A stretch of DNA of 64,000 bases from Octopus vulgaris (GCA_951406725.2 OX597832.1:20708001-20772000), one strand, 5' to 3'; counted from the first letter of the stretch, positions 1-14,984 are shown. The notes: a model not told the origin generated them from the letters alone. Numbers and translations: made by a program.

Positions 1-32
<32 letters not shown>

Positions 33-35
33 GTT

Positions 36-86
<51 letters not shown>

Positions 87-489
87 TTTGCGGTTGTTTT
101 TGTTGTAGACAAACCAATAACAGCATGATGATGGTAACGATGAGTGCGAGGAAGAGGTGGAATCGAAGAGGACGAGGATAGGAAAAAGATGAGGAGGAAG
201 AAATATTGTGGTAAGTCTGTTAATGACGATGATGATGATAATAATGACGATGATGATGATGATGATGAGAATGATGATGATGATGATGGTAAAGGTGGTG
301 ATGCTGATGACTATAAAACAGAGGGAAAAACAACGATGGCGACGACGAACACGACGATGATGATGAAGAGGAGGAGGAGGAGGAGGAGAATGATGATGAT
401 GATGATTTTGTTCATGTTAGTAATTGTGATAATGATAATGATGACATCGATGATAACTTTTAACGGTTAAGGTGAAAATGACAGGATGT

Positions 490-526
<37 letters not shown>

Positions 527-543
527 AATGATGATAGTGTTGG

Positions 544-589
<46 letters not shown>

Positions 590-832
590 AGTGGTGGTGA
601 TGATGATGGTGGTGGTGCTGGTGATGGTGATGACGATGATGACGATGAGAAAGGACATAAATACTAGAACGGAATTGGGTTTTCCATCGCCTCAAACATG
701 CCTGAGTGAAGATATTGAAAAACACGAAGATAAAGCCATAAAAAATTATAACAAGGATGGATGTGTACATAGACTTCCGGTTATAGCCTTCACCGTCACC
801 ATCACTATCGTTATCATCATCACCATCACCAC

Positions 833-868
<36 letters not shown>

Positions 869-1004
869 TTTAATCATCGTCGTCGAAGTTGTTGTCTTCG
901 TTGTCGCCTGGGTCGTGAACGCGATAGTCGCCGTCGTTGTCATCGTCATCAAATTCATCTTCAATTATGTCAAACCCATTCAAATCTTTCAACTGTTTTT
1001 CACT

Positions 1005-1048
<44 letters not shown>

Positions 1049-1080
1049 AATCATCATCATCAACTTCATCATCATTATTC
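1..1080. repeat. Compound trinucleotide microsatellite block: (TAT)n, (TAG)n, (GAT)n, then (ATC)n
   Basis: Directly visible. It generates the poly-D/M/I/H ORFs in the track. Confidence 0.95.
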
Positions 1081-1164
1081 TAATTCCAGTACTAATACTA
1101 TTGTCATTGTCAGAACTTAAAAACGGACGAAATTCCGCGAAACTTTTCACCCGTCTTTATATAC

Positions 1165-1308
1165 TTAGTTCAAATTCCACCTGGGTCAAATCTTTGCATT
1201 TTCACCATTTCGAAACCGTTAAATTAAGTACCAGTTAAACACTGGGATCGATTTAATCGAAATGCCCTCTACCTACGAAATTGCTAGCCTTGTGCCAAAA
1301 TTCTAAAA
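1165..1308 (+). mobile_element. Degenerate SINE family D fragment
   Basis: gttcaaattccacc...aaattaagtaccagttaaacactgggatcgatttaatcga...ccttgtgcc aligns with the copy at 2351-2556. Confidence 0.7.
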
Positions 1309-1565
1309 CAAAAGTATCATTATAGTTCTTATTTTTGTTGTTGTTTTCTCACCATCATCATTGCCATCGTTATCAATATCTGTTGTGTCCCCTACAGAAG
1401 TTTCATGAAATCGCTTTTCAACTCATTCGAACTTTCGAATCTGCAAGTGCATAAAAATGTGATTTATTTTGAATTTTATTTTCAAGGACGTCACTCTCGA
1501 AAATGTATTCAAAAGAAACCTACATTTGGATTTCAACAGAAATTTACATTCTTCTATGTCTAACC

Positions 1566-1860
1566 TGACGCTATAATGGTTAGAGCGTCGGACTCATAAT
1601 TATGGGGTAGTAAGTTCGAACACAGGACTGGGCTGTGTGTTTTGTTCTTGAGCAAGACACTTTATTTCACGTTGCTCCAGATCACTCAGCTGTAGAAATG
1701 AGCTGCGATGTCACAGGTGCCAAGCCGCATCGCCTGTTGTCTTTCTATTGGTCAACTTCGGTGGTGTGGAGACAGGAGGCTGGTATACATGGGCGAAACA
1801 CTTTTGCGGAACATTTGCCGTAGAGGGAAACTTTCTAGGTGCAATCCTATGGTCATTCAT
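1566..1860 (+). mobile_element. tRNA-derived SINE with CORE-like domain (family B), degenerate
   Basis: A-box-like taatggttagagc and B-box aagttcgaac, then ttcttgagcaagacactttatttcacgttgctccag, which is the reverse-complement match of about 11450-11490. The 3' boundary is uncertain. Confidence 0.7.
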
Positions 1861-2350
1861 ACCCTTTATATGTCGAACTATATGTTACGGGGTCGGCTTA
1901 CTGGTATATTTACTGAGGTTTCTAGAATTTTCATTGCATCAGTGTTGTAGAGCATATAGTTACATATGCGTCCCATTCAATATAGAATAAGCTAGCGAAA
2001 ATACATGTACTGACCACACCAACTGGGTTAACATTTCCTCCATACTTTCCATGATAAAACTACGTTTTCGTGTTTCATTGCAAATTGAAGCTTCAATCTA
2101 AACTTAACTTTGAATGTATATCAAAAGACACAATGAAAACGAAGCAACTGAATTCTTCTATCGTCCTTCTTACTCTTGCTAAATAACATTTTATTTAGTA
2201 TCAAATGATATTGTTTTACGCTTACATGACACAAGAGCTGAAATATTTTCGCCTAATATTTACAGAAGTTTAAGAAATTACGAAATTTTAGAGAAACGAA
2301 GCGACGTCCCACGAGTAAACACTCCTGAACTTAAAAGAAATCGATTGTGT

Positions 2351-2556
2351 CTGACAGAATCGTTAGCACTCCGGATAAAATGCTTAGCAGTATTTCGTCT
2401 GCTACTATGTTCTTAGTTCAAATTCTGCCGAGGTCGATTTTGTCTTTCATCCTTTCGAGATCAATAAATTAAGTACCTGTTTCGTACTGGGGTCGATCTA
2501 ATCGACTGGCCCCCTCCCCAAAAATATCGGTCCTTGTGCCTAGAGTAGAAAAGAAT
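2351..2556 (+). mobile_element. SINE family D, tail variant 1
   Basis: cagaatcgttagc head, B-box gttcaaattc, central ctttcatcctttcg...aagtacc, tail ggccccctcccc...ccttgtgcctagagtagaaaagaat. Confidence 0.85.
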
Positions 2557-2583
2557 TTGTGACAATATGTACATGTGTGTGTA

Positions 2584-2815
2584 GGGCAGAGAGCTGGCAG
2601 AATCGTTAGCAGGCCGGGCGATATACTTAGCGGTATTTCGTGTGCTGTTACGTTCTTAGTTCAAATTCCACCAAGGTCGTCTTTCCCTTTCATCATTCCG
2701 GGGTCGCTTAAATAAGTACCAGTTACGCACTGGGGCTGATGCTATCGACTTAATCGCTTTGTCTGTCCTTGTTTGTCCCCTCTATGTTTAGCCCCTTCTG
2801 GGCAATAAAGAAATA
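2584..2815 (+). mobile_element. SINE family D, tail variant 2
   Basis: Same head and core as the preceding copy, with tail gtctgtccttgtttgtcccctctatgtttagcccc...aaagaaata. Matches 44143-44371. Confidence 0.88.
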
Positions 2816-3715
2816 CGTATATATATGTGAGTGTATATCAGTTTGTGAACATGCGTGTGTACGGATAACGTGTGTGCATATGTACACATGTACATAATGC
2901 ACGCATATACACCGATGCTCCTGATTGATCGCACGAGCTCATGTGAATAAGACATACATGCGTATATACATTTATTTTTTTAAACCCATACAGGCGTTTT
3001 GAGATTCAAACTTTTTAAGAGAAACCTATGCAAGCATTAAACATTAAATTTGGGTGCGATATTCTCTTTAGAGCAGGGGTGAGTTTCCGGTGTTCCGATT
3101 CCTTAACTTAGTCTTCGCATTGGATTTCCGCTTGGCTCTCTTCACGATGGTATTGCCCGAAGACAGGATTCTAGATCACACATATTATGCTTGCAATGTC
3201 CGCAGCTCTCAGGCTGCAAGGAATGCAAGTTAGATAAGCGGATGTATTGATACCAGCCAATGTACACGTATATTTGCATGTGTAAGTGTGTATATATAAA
3301 TATATCTGTGTGTATGTATGTGCACACGTTAAATGAACCTGCTTGTTTGTATACTGAGGTATCCTTGAGTATGTATGTATCTGCGTTGTGGTGGATGTGT
3401 ACTCGCGTGTGTATGTGTGCGTGTAAAATGTGTTTTATACTATATTAGACTTGTGTGTATTTATCTCTACACAATGTTACTTGTGTATATATAACTGCAT
3501 ATCAGTATGCATGTGTGTATATGTGTATGCGTTTGCAATTGTATTTCTATGTATGCTTACGTATATGTTACTGAACTTTTGCATATATAAGTATATAAAT
3601 AAAACTCAGAAATTTTCCTACGCGAAGAAAGACGCTGTCCAAAAGCGTTGTACTTCTCAGTCCTCAGAACGAGTTCACTGTACTTTTTTTTTTAACCAAT
3701 ATAATTCTTTTGACC

Positions 3716-4430
3716 ATTTACTTGTTTCAGTCATTTCTTCCTTCGGCCATGGTGGGGCAGCACCTTGAAGTGTTTTAGTCCAATAAATCAACTTCAGGAC
3801 CTTTTTTGTTAACCCTAATATTTTTTCTGCAGACATATTTTGCCCAAGCGCTAAGTTACGGGGACGTAAACAAACCAACACTGATTATCAAGTGCTGGTG
3901 GAGGACAAATACAGACAGAAAAACATGCACAGATAGATAGATAGGTAGATAAATAGATAGATAGATACGGAGGTGGATAGATAGATAGATAGACAGATAG
4001 ACAGATACAAAGACAGACAGACACAATGAGAGATAGATAGATACATACATACATACAATCATATATACATACATTCATACACACCAACATTCATACATAC
4101 ATACAATCATATATACATACATTCATACACACCTACATTCATACATACATACATACATACATACATACATACATACATACATACATTCATACACACCTAC
4201 ATTCATACATACATACATACATACATACATACATACATACATACATACATACATAAATACAGACATGCATACATACATATATATTCGACGGGCTTCAACC
4301 AAACCCACTCATAAGGCTTTGGTGGGCCCGAGATTATAATACTTGACCCTTGTTCACAGTGCCACGGAGTGGGAATGAACTCGGAACCATGTGGTTCTGA
4401 AAAACCTTTTTGCCCACAGCCACCCACGCC
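3716..4430 (-). mobile_element. SINE family A, degenerate, with greatly expanded internal (GATA)/(CATA) microsatellite
   Basis: Tail (ttacttgtttcagtcatt) at about 3718 and head (ggaaccatgtggtt...cacagccac) at about 4385-4430, colinear with 58589-59000. Confidence 0.8.
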
Positions 4431-4747
4431 TTCCGCGCTAACGGTTTTGCCAGAAAACCGCCTTTACTTCTACATACACACACTCACACACACATCTATG
4501 CATGATTGTATGAACGTATGTATAAAACTTCATTTATATATATATATATATATTTATTTATATATATATATATCGGCATTAGTGTTATCGGAGTTAGGAC
4601 TCAGTTCTCTACCCTCATCCTGGCGGTGAAGCTGCACTCACGGAGATTTGAACGCGATATGTCAAAGGCTGTGAGAAAAGTTTACGCCAATCCACCGTGC
4701 GTCAAGGTACAGCTTGTTTGAGGCAGAATAGCATTGAAATAATTTTT

Positions 4748-4870
4748 ATTTCTTTATTACCCACAGGGGGCTAAACATAGAGGGGACGAACAAGGACAGA
4801 CAGAGGGATTACGTTGATTACATCGACCCCCAGTGCGTAACTGGTACTTATTTAATCACCTCGAAAGGAT
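4748..4870 (-). mobile_element. SINE family D 3' fragment (tail variant 2)
   Basis: tttctttattacccacagggggctaaacatagagggg...ctggtacttatttaatc matches the 53885-54000 unit. Confidence 0.85.
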
Positions 4871-4886
4871 ATATATATATATATAT

Positions 4887-4985
<99 letters not shown>

Positions 4986-5035
4986 TATGTGTGTGTGTTA
5001 TATGTATATTTATATATACATATTTTTTATATAAA

Positions 5036-5250
5036 TATGAGAGGGTGACGAACAGTTCCTCTGTGTTTCAGTAAAAGAAAATACAGGAAGATGAGTTATT
5101 TGTGATTTTATTCAACATATTGATATCTCATATTGATATCTCAGACTCACACACTTATTGCAGCCGTTCTTCAGTTTCTCTAACCCTTGTAGAAGAACCA
5201 GGCTTTTCACGATACGCTTAAAGCCAGGCACTTTCCAGCACTCCCTCATG
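5036..5250. mobile_element. Degenerate mariner-type MITE
   Basis: Imperfect terminal inverted repeats: tatgagagggtgacgaacagttcct versus aaagccaggcactttccagcactccctcatg. No ORF. Confidence 0.55.
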
Positions 5251-5268
5251 CCCTAGTGTGTGTGTGTG

Positions 5269-5306
<38 letters not shown>

Positions 5307-5310
5307 TATA

Positions 5311-5515
5311 TTCTACTGCAGGTATGAGGCCTGAATATTTGGGAGAGGGATATACTTAATTCAATTGGGATCACACTATTTAGCTGGTATTTATTTTACG
5401 ACCACCGAAATTATAAATGCCAAACTGGACCTCGGCGGAATTTGAACAGAGAGTGTGGTGGCAGACAAAATGCATTTAAGAAATATTTAGTCCGACCTAC
5501 TAACGATTCTCACCT
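5311..5515 (-). mobile_element. Old SINE family D copy
   Basis: ggacctcggcggaatttgaac and ctaacgattct match the reverse complement of the family D head. Confidence 0.65.
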
Positions 5516-5536
5516 CATTTTTGCATGCATATTTAC

Positions 5537-5674
<138 letters not shown>

Positions 5675-5745
5675 TCATAGATACATGCATACATACTACT
5701 CTCTCTCTCTCTCTCTCTCTCTTTATATATACGTGTATATATATG

Positions 5746-5808
<63 letters not shown>

Positions 5809-6189
5809 TTAGTGATATTACGTCGCTTTTCTACAGTGGAGAAGGCTAGCCACTGGATTTGGTTAAAAAGAGACGATGAGCGATGGCTAGAAGTATATTG
5901 ACTTCTTCATAACCAGCTGATCTAGCAAGCGGGGCCTCATATCAGTGAGGGGGCCGGTGCGCATTGATGCCGTCGAGAGGTAGGCCCCGAAACGGCGCGC
6001 ATTCTCTCTCCTGATGACCCCATACACTTGCTAGCTTCCGGTATACGGAGCTTTTAATTCGTAGCACTTGCACGTGCAAGTTGTTTGCAAGACATCTAGA
6101 TACATTGTAAATGTGATGCTGACGAAGATAGTATAAATTACTAAACTACACACACCTGGTTATGCTTTATATATAGCCATCATATAAAC

Positions 6190-6428
6190 CATGCATGGAC
6201 AATCTGCGGACTTCGACATGTGGTTGCGCGGCCATCGACGACTTTCTATGTTGCTAATTTCATACAAAAACAAATAAAACTTTGCACTTATACAAATAAG
6301 TACTGCAAAAATATCAGTGTAAAGTGGACGAGTAATATTTGATGCATATGTGTTTTATCATGCGGCCCTTTCTCACTTGGAAATGGTACGATGCGGCCCC
6401 CCAGTTAATGAAAATTGCCCTTATACTG
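6190..6428. mobile_element. Possible hAT-like MITE remnant
   Basis: Ends catgcatggacaatctgcgg...aaattgcccttatactg are imperfectly inverted. Repeated subterminal tgcggccc motifs resemble hAT non-autonomous elements. Confidence 0.4.
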
Positions 6429-6922
6429 TCGGAATATATAATTTACCGACACACATATGTGTGTGTGTATAAAATTATATAATGCATAAACATGCATATA
6501 CGGATGCGTACATGCATAGCCGATATAAATATATGTGTGTGCGTGTGTTTGAGCATGTATGTGAATATGCATTCATACATTTTTTAGTTACACATGCACC
6601 ATAGACGCGCACATACACACACACACACACACATATATATATAATATATATACACGCGCAAGATCTCACGCATAGTTCTTACGTATTACGTATATGCACA
6701 ATGAAACATAAATACATATATTTGTATTCATACATGCGAGAATACGTTCATTTCAGTCATGCATGTGTACATACGTACATACATGTATGTGTGTGTGTTT
6801 GTGTGTGTACATGTACATACGTTTCAAACATAATTGTATACATACATCAGTTCATATACATACATTAAGACGTACATACAGAGAAACACAGACGCCCACA
6901 CGATACACACACACATACACTC

Positions 6923-6962
<40 letters not shown>

Positions 6963-6984
6963 TCATATATATTTATATATATAT

Positions 6985-7044
<60 letters not shown>

Positions 7045-7045
7045 G

Positions 7046-7095
<50 letters not shown>

Positions 7096-8110
7096 TATGT
7101 GTGTGTGTGTATGTATTTATATATGTATAAATATATGTATGTATATATGTATATATATGCATATATATGTATGTGTATATATATATATATATATATCTAT
7201 GTGTTCGACGTCTTTTTGGTGTCCTGTACACATATATGCGTGTATATGTACATGTAGAGGTAGGTACGTACATATATGTTTATATATATGCATATGTTCT
7301 ATTTTATTAACATATATATATATATATATATTCATGATGTGTGGTTGGCACAGTGTGTTATGGGCGGGAAAAAAGAGTGGTTGTTATCATCAGCCATCAG
7401 CCTTAGTTCACGCCACATTTGGTCAGGCAGATGTTTTATGGGAGACAAACTGCATCACCTGTCATTGCCGACATTGACATCACAAGTAAACGACTTGGAG
7501 ATGAATGAATCCATTTGATGATCTCCTTCTTTAGATGTTTATTACAATTTTTGTTTATATTTTTTTATTCATTCATTCAATCTAATTTTTCTTTTCTTTC
7601 TTTATTGCGTTTTTTCTTTCCTTTCTTTGTAACGTATCTTTCCTTCTTTTCCTGCAGTATATCATTTTCTTTCTCAGTTACATTTCATTCTGTAACTTTT
7701 CGCTAATATTTCTTCTCTCTTTCAGACCCTCTCTCTACTTCCATCGTTTCTCCTTACCACATTTCTTTCTCCCTCTCTTCTCTCTCTCTCTGTCATTCTT
7801 TATACAACCACGTTTCATCTTTATTTCTTTCCTATTTTCTATCTTCCTTCTTCTATGCTATATATCTTCATTTTCCTTCATCGTATACATCTTTCTTTCT
7901 GGATCCTTCTCCCTCTTCGTTCTTACTTTTCATTCGCCTTTTTCATTTTCTACCGATATTTCATTCGTCCTCTCTTTCATTTCCATTTTATCTTTCTTTC
8001 ACCGAGTGTTTCTTCCTTTTTGCCTATCTATGCAATTTTTCTCATCTTCTCTGCCTTTCTGACCACATTTCATTCTCAACATTTTTTCATTCTTATTTTT
8101 TGTCATTCTT

Positions 8111-8148
<38 letters not shown>

Positions 8149-8522
8149 CTCTCGCTCGCTCGTTCATTAATATTTATTCTCCATTTTCTTTCTTTGCTCT
8201 CCATTTTCCCATGGTTTTTACAAGAATATTCACTCTCCTTTATATTCTTCACACATATATACACGCATATAAAACATATCAATGAATGTTTTACTTTTAA
8301 TTCTACCCAAAATATATATTTTTTCCATTCTCCTCCTTTCATTCCATTTCATTATTCTCTCTCATGAAAATTCTCGTTTTCTAAATATGCAATTATATCC
8401 ATCGTTCTATCTTCATCTCTTTCTCTTTCATCTATATTCCGTTCTGGTAATTTCTCATTCTTGTCTTCGTGTTTCTATTATTATTTTTATTGTTGTTGTT
8501 TTTGTTGTTCTTGCTATTTTAT

Positions 8523-8720
8523 TCTTTTACTTGTTTCAGTCATTTAACTATGACCATGTTGGAGCACCGTCTTGAAGCCTTTTAGTCGAACAAATCGATC
8601 CCAGGGCTTTTTTTTAAACCATAGTACGTATTCTATCTTGGGGTCGATTTGCTCGACTAAAGACGCTGCTCCAGCATGGCCGCAGTCAAATGACTGAAAC
8701 AAGTAAATGAGTAAAAGAGA
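8523..8720. mobile_element. Two SINE family A 3' tails fused in inverted orientation
   Basis: A minus-strand tail (about 8523-8637) is directly joined to a plus-strand tail (about 8638-8720). Confidence 0.85.
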
Positions 8721-8741
8721 TTATAAGTACTAACGTTATCC

Positions 8742-8790
<49 letters not shown>

Positions 8791-9544
8791 TATCATCATC
8801 ATTATCGTTTCATTTATATATTGTAATGGTTCTCTTCTTTCATAATTCTCCCCTCACACATCGTTCCTTCGCCGCACATATCTACGCACTTCATCATTGC
8901 GTCTAACCCCTCTTTCTCTCCCCTTCTTTCTCTTTCTGCTGGTTACTGCTACTACTGCTGCTGCTGGTGCTTCTCTGCTCATCAGTTCCCTCCTCCGTCT
9001 CATCCCACTACCCTTACTATCCTCTCCCGGCCCCCACCGTCTCAGCCTCCTCGACTTCATTTATAACTTGCGGTTTACCGACATTTCTGCTCCACTGAAC
9101 TAATCAAATTTAATTTAACATATGCTTTCCCTAATAAATTATGATAATTGGCACAATTGCTACAGCAACATACAGAATGCCTCGCGGTAATCAATTACAT
9201 TCAGTGTTCAAATCCGGCTGATGTCGTTCTTGCCTTTTATCTGTCCGGAAACAATGAAATAAATACCAGTTAACTATTGAGGCCTAATACAATAGACTTC
9301 TTTCTCTCCCATAAACGTTTCACCTTGATATTTTACTTTAGTGAAATCATAAAGGCAATGGAATGGTAGAATGTTCGAGCGTCGGTCAAAAGGCCGTGTG
9401 GTTTTTTTTCTTTACTTTTTACGATCTGAGTTCAAATCCTGTTGTGATCAAACACATGAGTACTGTGTGGTTATAATCGGTTGTTTTCTCTTTCTTTCTC
9501 TTTGAGTCAAGATCATCAACATAAAGAGCAATAATGACTGTTTA

Positions 9545-9600
<56 letters not shown>

Positions 9601-9789
9601 CAATACACACACATACAATTATACATATTTGCGATTGTGAGTCGTACAGCCAGCTGGAGATGATATTTACTGGGGTTAAATAACAGTAATATTCGTCCCA
9701 ACTAGGACAGCCGCATTATATTGGTAAATTATCTTTAATTTAGAGTCTTGTTACTGAATGTCTCTCGTTGAGAGATTCAGAAATAGTAA

Positions 9790-10200
<411 letters not shown>

Positions 10201-10239
10201 ATATATATGTATATATATAGAAATATATATATATATATA

Positions 10240-10615
10240 GGCGCAGGAGTGGCTGTGTGGTAAGTAGCTAGCTAACCAACCACACGGTTGCGGGTTCAGT
10301 CCCACTGCGTGGCATCTTGGGCAAGTATCTTCTGCTATAGCCCCGGGCCGACCAATGCCTTGTGAGTGGATTTGGTAGACGGAAACTGAAAGAAGCCTGT
10401 CGTATATATGTATATATATGTATATGTGTGTGTGTTTGTGTGTCTGTGTTTGTCCCCCTAGCATTGCTTGACAACCGATGCTGGTGTGTTTACGTCCCCG
10501 TCACTTAGCGGTTCGGCAAAAAGAGACCGATAGAATAAGTACTAAAAGGTGGTGCTCCAGCATGGCCGCAGTCAAATGACTGAAACAAGTAAAAGAGTAA
10601 AAGAGTAAAAGAGTA
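10240..10615 (+). mobile_element. SINE family A, near full length, with 23-bp target-site duplication and about 40-bp internal deletion
   Basis: Head ggcgcaggagtggctgtgtggtaag, B-box-like gggttcagtccc, CORE-like tcttgggcaagt, internal (TA)/(TG), tail (taaaagag)n. TSD at 10217-10239 and 10616-10638. Confidence 0.93.
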
Positions 10616-11219
10616 ATAGAAATATATATATATATATAGAAATATATATATATATACATACGCACATGCATTTATACATACATATATATACATGTATACT
10701 TATATACATACATACATACGTACATACATGCCTATATACATATGTATGCATACACATATATACAATTTGAGTGACGGGGGGAAGAGAAAGAGAGCAAGAG
10801 AGAGAAAGAGACCTATACCAACATGACCAGTAGCATCCCTATCCCCTGCATCGGATTTGCCCTCGTAGTCGTCACCAATCCCATCGTTTTTATAAATATC
10901 TTTATAATCATCATCATCATCCTCATTATCATTAGCATTATATTAAAGATACGACAATATCCCACAGTTCGTTATACTTTTCTAAGTTTTCTTTTTCCTG
11001 TTTCATTTTATTTATTCCTACAAAAACAAAACAGTGCTCTATATATAATGGCTTATGCTCTTCATTTTCGTCTCCTAACGTTTTGATTTTAAATATTACT
11101 CGAATGTTCTTAACCTGGTATCAATGAATAATTCATCGTACATGAATAGTAATTGATTCTTCCAACAGAAACCGTCCCTCAAATTATATATACTTCTTCT
11201 CAATGGATTCTTTTGTTCA

Positions 11220-11290
11220 TCTACTTGTTTCAGTCATCTGACTGCGGCCATGCTGGAGCACCGCCTTCAAGGGTTTTAGTCGAACAAATA
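11220..11290 (-). mobile_element. SINE family A 3' tail fragment
   Basis: acttgtttcagtcatctgactgcggccatgctggagcaccgcc. Confidence 0.8.
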
Positions 11291-11329
11291 AATAACAGTA
11301 ATAAAGTATATAAAATAAATAAATAAATA

Positions 11330-11577
11330 AATGCGCCCTTTTAAAGCCTAGCCAGGGTCATAGGCCTGGTTTACTGGTTTCTATGGAGTATGTGTTCATG
11401 AGCTGGACGGGACGCCAATCCATCGCAGCGTTACTCATTTTTGCCAGCTGAGTGGACTGGAGCAACGTGAAATGAAGTGTTTTGTTAAAAAACCCAATGC
11501 GTCGCTCGGTCCAGGAATCGAAACCGCAATCTTACGATCATGATGCTGACACCCTAACCACTAAACCTTACGCCTCC
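11330..11577 (-). mobile_element. tRNA-derived SINE family B (CORE-like middle, tail shared with family C)
   Basis: The minus strand begins ggaggcgtaaggtttagtggttaggg...gtttcgattcc. The tail gcccttttaaagcctagccagg is shared with 21975-22010. Confidence 0.85.
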
Positions 11578-12684
11578 ACAAAAAAAGTATATAAGTGAAA
11601 TAATATATATATAACAGATATAGACGCTGTAAGGTTGAATGTTTAAATTGTTGCATGTGTATGTATGTAGCAATACCCCCGTCGGGTGTTCGATCCGACC
11701 GTGTGATATCAGAGGCGAGTGTTTTTACAATAGTTTCGGGTGAATACAATTGAATAGACTAAATCTGTATGAAAGTTCTAACGGACTCTAAATCCATGCT
11801 AACTCAGCTTCAGAATAACTCTATTAGGACAAATTGCTATGGGATGGCCCTCCATTGATATGCGAATTCGATGACGATTGAATATCTGAATCTTCATCGT
11901 GGACACCGACGGAAACCCATTTACTCATTTTACTATATTTTCTAAATATTATCCCCCACTTTCTTTTTTTTTTTACTTGATTCAAATGTCCAGCTTTCAT
12001 TTGGCGAGTGATTAATTGGTTATGCGAGAGAGTTACGTGACATGTATGTCCATCATATCAAACTGACAAAGGAAGGAAAACATGACGTGTACCTCAACCT
12101 CAAGTATATCACAAGGCGAAAGTGATCTGAAGTGGCTACATTACGGAATCACAATAGAAACCTGGTCGCTGATTTCACTCAAAAGAGATTGACTTTGTAT
12201 TACATCATTGACCACATAATTCTGAATGAAGTCAAATATATGAAATGCATGAATATGTGACAGCTTGATTTTTATACCAAAAACGATGGAAAAGATCTGT
12301 ATATTTCAAAATATGTTCCTTTTGCACTTATCTATCATATATATTCTGCTTTTCTTTTTTTTTTCTCTCAAGAAAAATATCGACGAAAAGAGGGAAGCAG
12401 CCACGGAACTAAGTGTTAGCAGCCATACTTTAAGCCTTGTTATTACATGTGAAATGCAAGAAAATTCGCTGTTGTTTTGCATATAACGTTTAGGCGTTTA
12501 TCGTTATTTACACATTCACTATCTTACACATGAAACTGAAGTCACAAACACGCAAACATACGCCTAGACAGGCATACATCACATCGGAAGAAAGACATAG
12601 CTGTACATTCATGTAATCGTGCTCTAATACTATACGTCACGCTCCTTAATAGGCAGCATTGTACAAAACAATTAGATTGTATGC

Positions 12685-12794
<110 letters not shown>

Positions 12795-12888
12795 TACATA
12801 TATATACACACACATACACACACATATTATATCATATATATGTATAAGTATATATATGTATGTATATACATATATACATATAGATATG

Positions 12889-12938
<50 letters not shown>

Positions 12939-13465
12939 TACATATAGATATGCACGCATACGCATACATTGATATATGTATATGTATGTATGTATGTATA
13001 TGTATGTGTGTATGTATGTATGTATGTATTCATTTATCTATCTATCTATCTATCTCTCTAGCCAGGTTTCCATCTAAGTATATATATGCATAGAAAGATA
13101 TAAGGAGATTTCTAAATGTGCCTCAATGTGGGACAGCGTGTGTATGTGTGTATATCTGTGTATTTGTGTGTGTGTGTATTTTTTTTTCTATATATATCTA
13201 TGCCTCTGCATGTGTTGTTAATGGAAACACGTAATTGATAAAACAAAACACATCAACGAACCCTAACAACCAAATATAACGTCTTTATCGCCAACATGAT
13301 CAACAATAACAACAAGAACAACAACAGCAACAAATCAACAACCTTTGAAAATAGCATAAAGCTATCTGTAATAGCAAAGACAGCATTATATAATTTGATC
13401 CACACACACATACACACACACTCACACACATGCACACATATGTATATATATCTCAATATATACGT

Positions 13466-13555
<90 letters not shown>

Positions 13556-13636
13556 CTATATATATATATATATATATACATATATACATATAAATGTCTA
13601 TGCAGCTATATATCTATGCATGTATACATATATATC

Positions 13637-13711
<75 letters not shown>

Positions 13712-13749
13712 GTATATATATCATGTATGTGTACATGTATATGTGTTTG

Positions 13750-13788
<39 letters not shown>

Positions 13789-14935
13789 ACAAAACCTACA
13801 AAGGCATCAACGAAGATGGCGGCTATGACAACGACACAGTATTACAATACGATACAAAAAAAAAGACAACTGATACAACAAACAAATTTTAAAAAAGAAA
13901 TATATATATATATAGGAAGTGACAACAAACTACGACAATGGTAGTGATGACATTTATTCTTGAAACAAGAGGATTTGTGGCGAAACAGAAGAACTAAAAG
14001 AGCACGTCATAGTAGATGTGCCAATTAGAATATTCTGCAAATGAAACCTGCCAGGCCAAGATAAGAAGGCAATTTTGGGCATAATATGAACATTCTTCAA
14101 CAGATTAACCCTTAACAGAGCCTTAATCGAAGAAAACAACGAAGATTCGCGAAACGAATTCTGATCCATTCACAGGAAAAGAATGAGATTCTTGTGAATT
14201 TTCGAAAGAGATGCTATCATTACAATGTAACAAAAATTAACGATGATATGAAAGAAAACATATAAAAAATATTTAAGAAATTATAAATATATAAGGAAAA
14301 AAAATAGAAATAAATTGGAAGGAGAGCAAAAAATATACAATGATAAAAAGAAATTAGAAAGCCCTAAGATGTGATACAAAAACAAAATTTGTGCAAAATG
14401 CATGGCAATAATAACAGACAAATATATCTTGTAAAATAAAAGTAAGCTGTTGGACGTAAAGAAAGAATGGTTGAAAAGCGAATTAATAGAGGAAATAAAA
14501 AGGAAAAAATGTGAATAGTTTGGAAACAATGAAAATATATAATAAAACACTGAGAGTTAAAAATCACTAACAGCAAAAATATCTAATATCTAATAGCCAA
14601 GAAAATTAGAAGAAAATTACAAAAACTTAAAAAAAAGGAAACGTGTTGAGATAGTGCAAGGGTTGGGTTGGTGGCTTAGTAAGATAGGAGATGCTGCAGC
14701 AGGAGGGGAGGACTGGGAATGGTAAACTGGTTAAAATACTTGACCAGGAAAAAATGACAGAATGACTGAAAATGAATTGCAGCAATGTCATTATAACATG
14801 ATAGGAAACCTTATGTGTTATGGAGTGCGGCATATAGTAAAAATTGTAAATAAAATAATAGAAAATTCAAGGGTAGAAAATGAAGTATGAATGCATATAA
14901 TATATACACATACACAAATCTACCTATAAATTTGC

Positions 14936-14984
<49 letters not shown>

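Noticed and set aside
13960-14620. A-rich stretch resembling a decayed LINE ORF2 linker
   Set aside because: Multiple stops and no motif I can identify with confidence. It needs a translated profile search.
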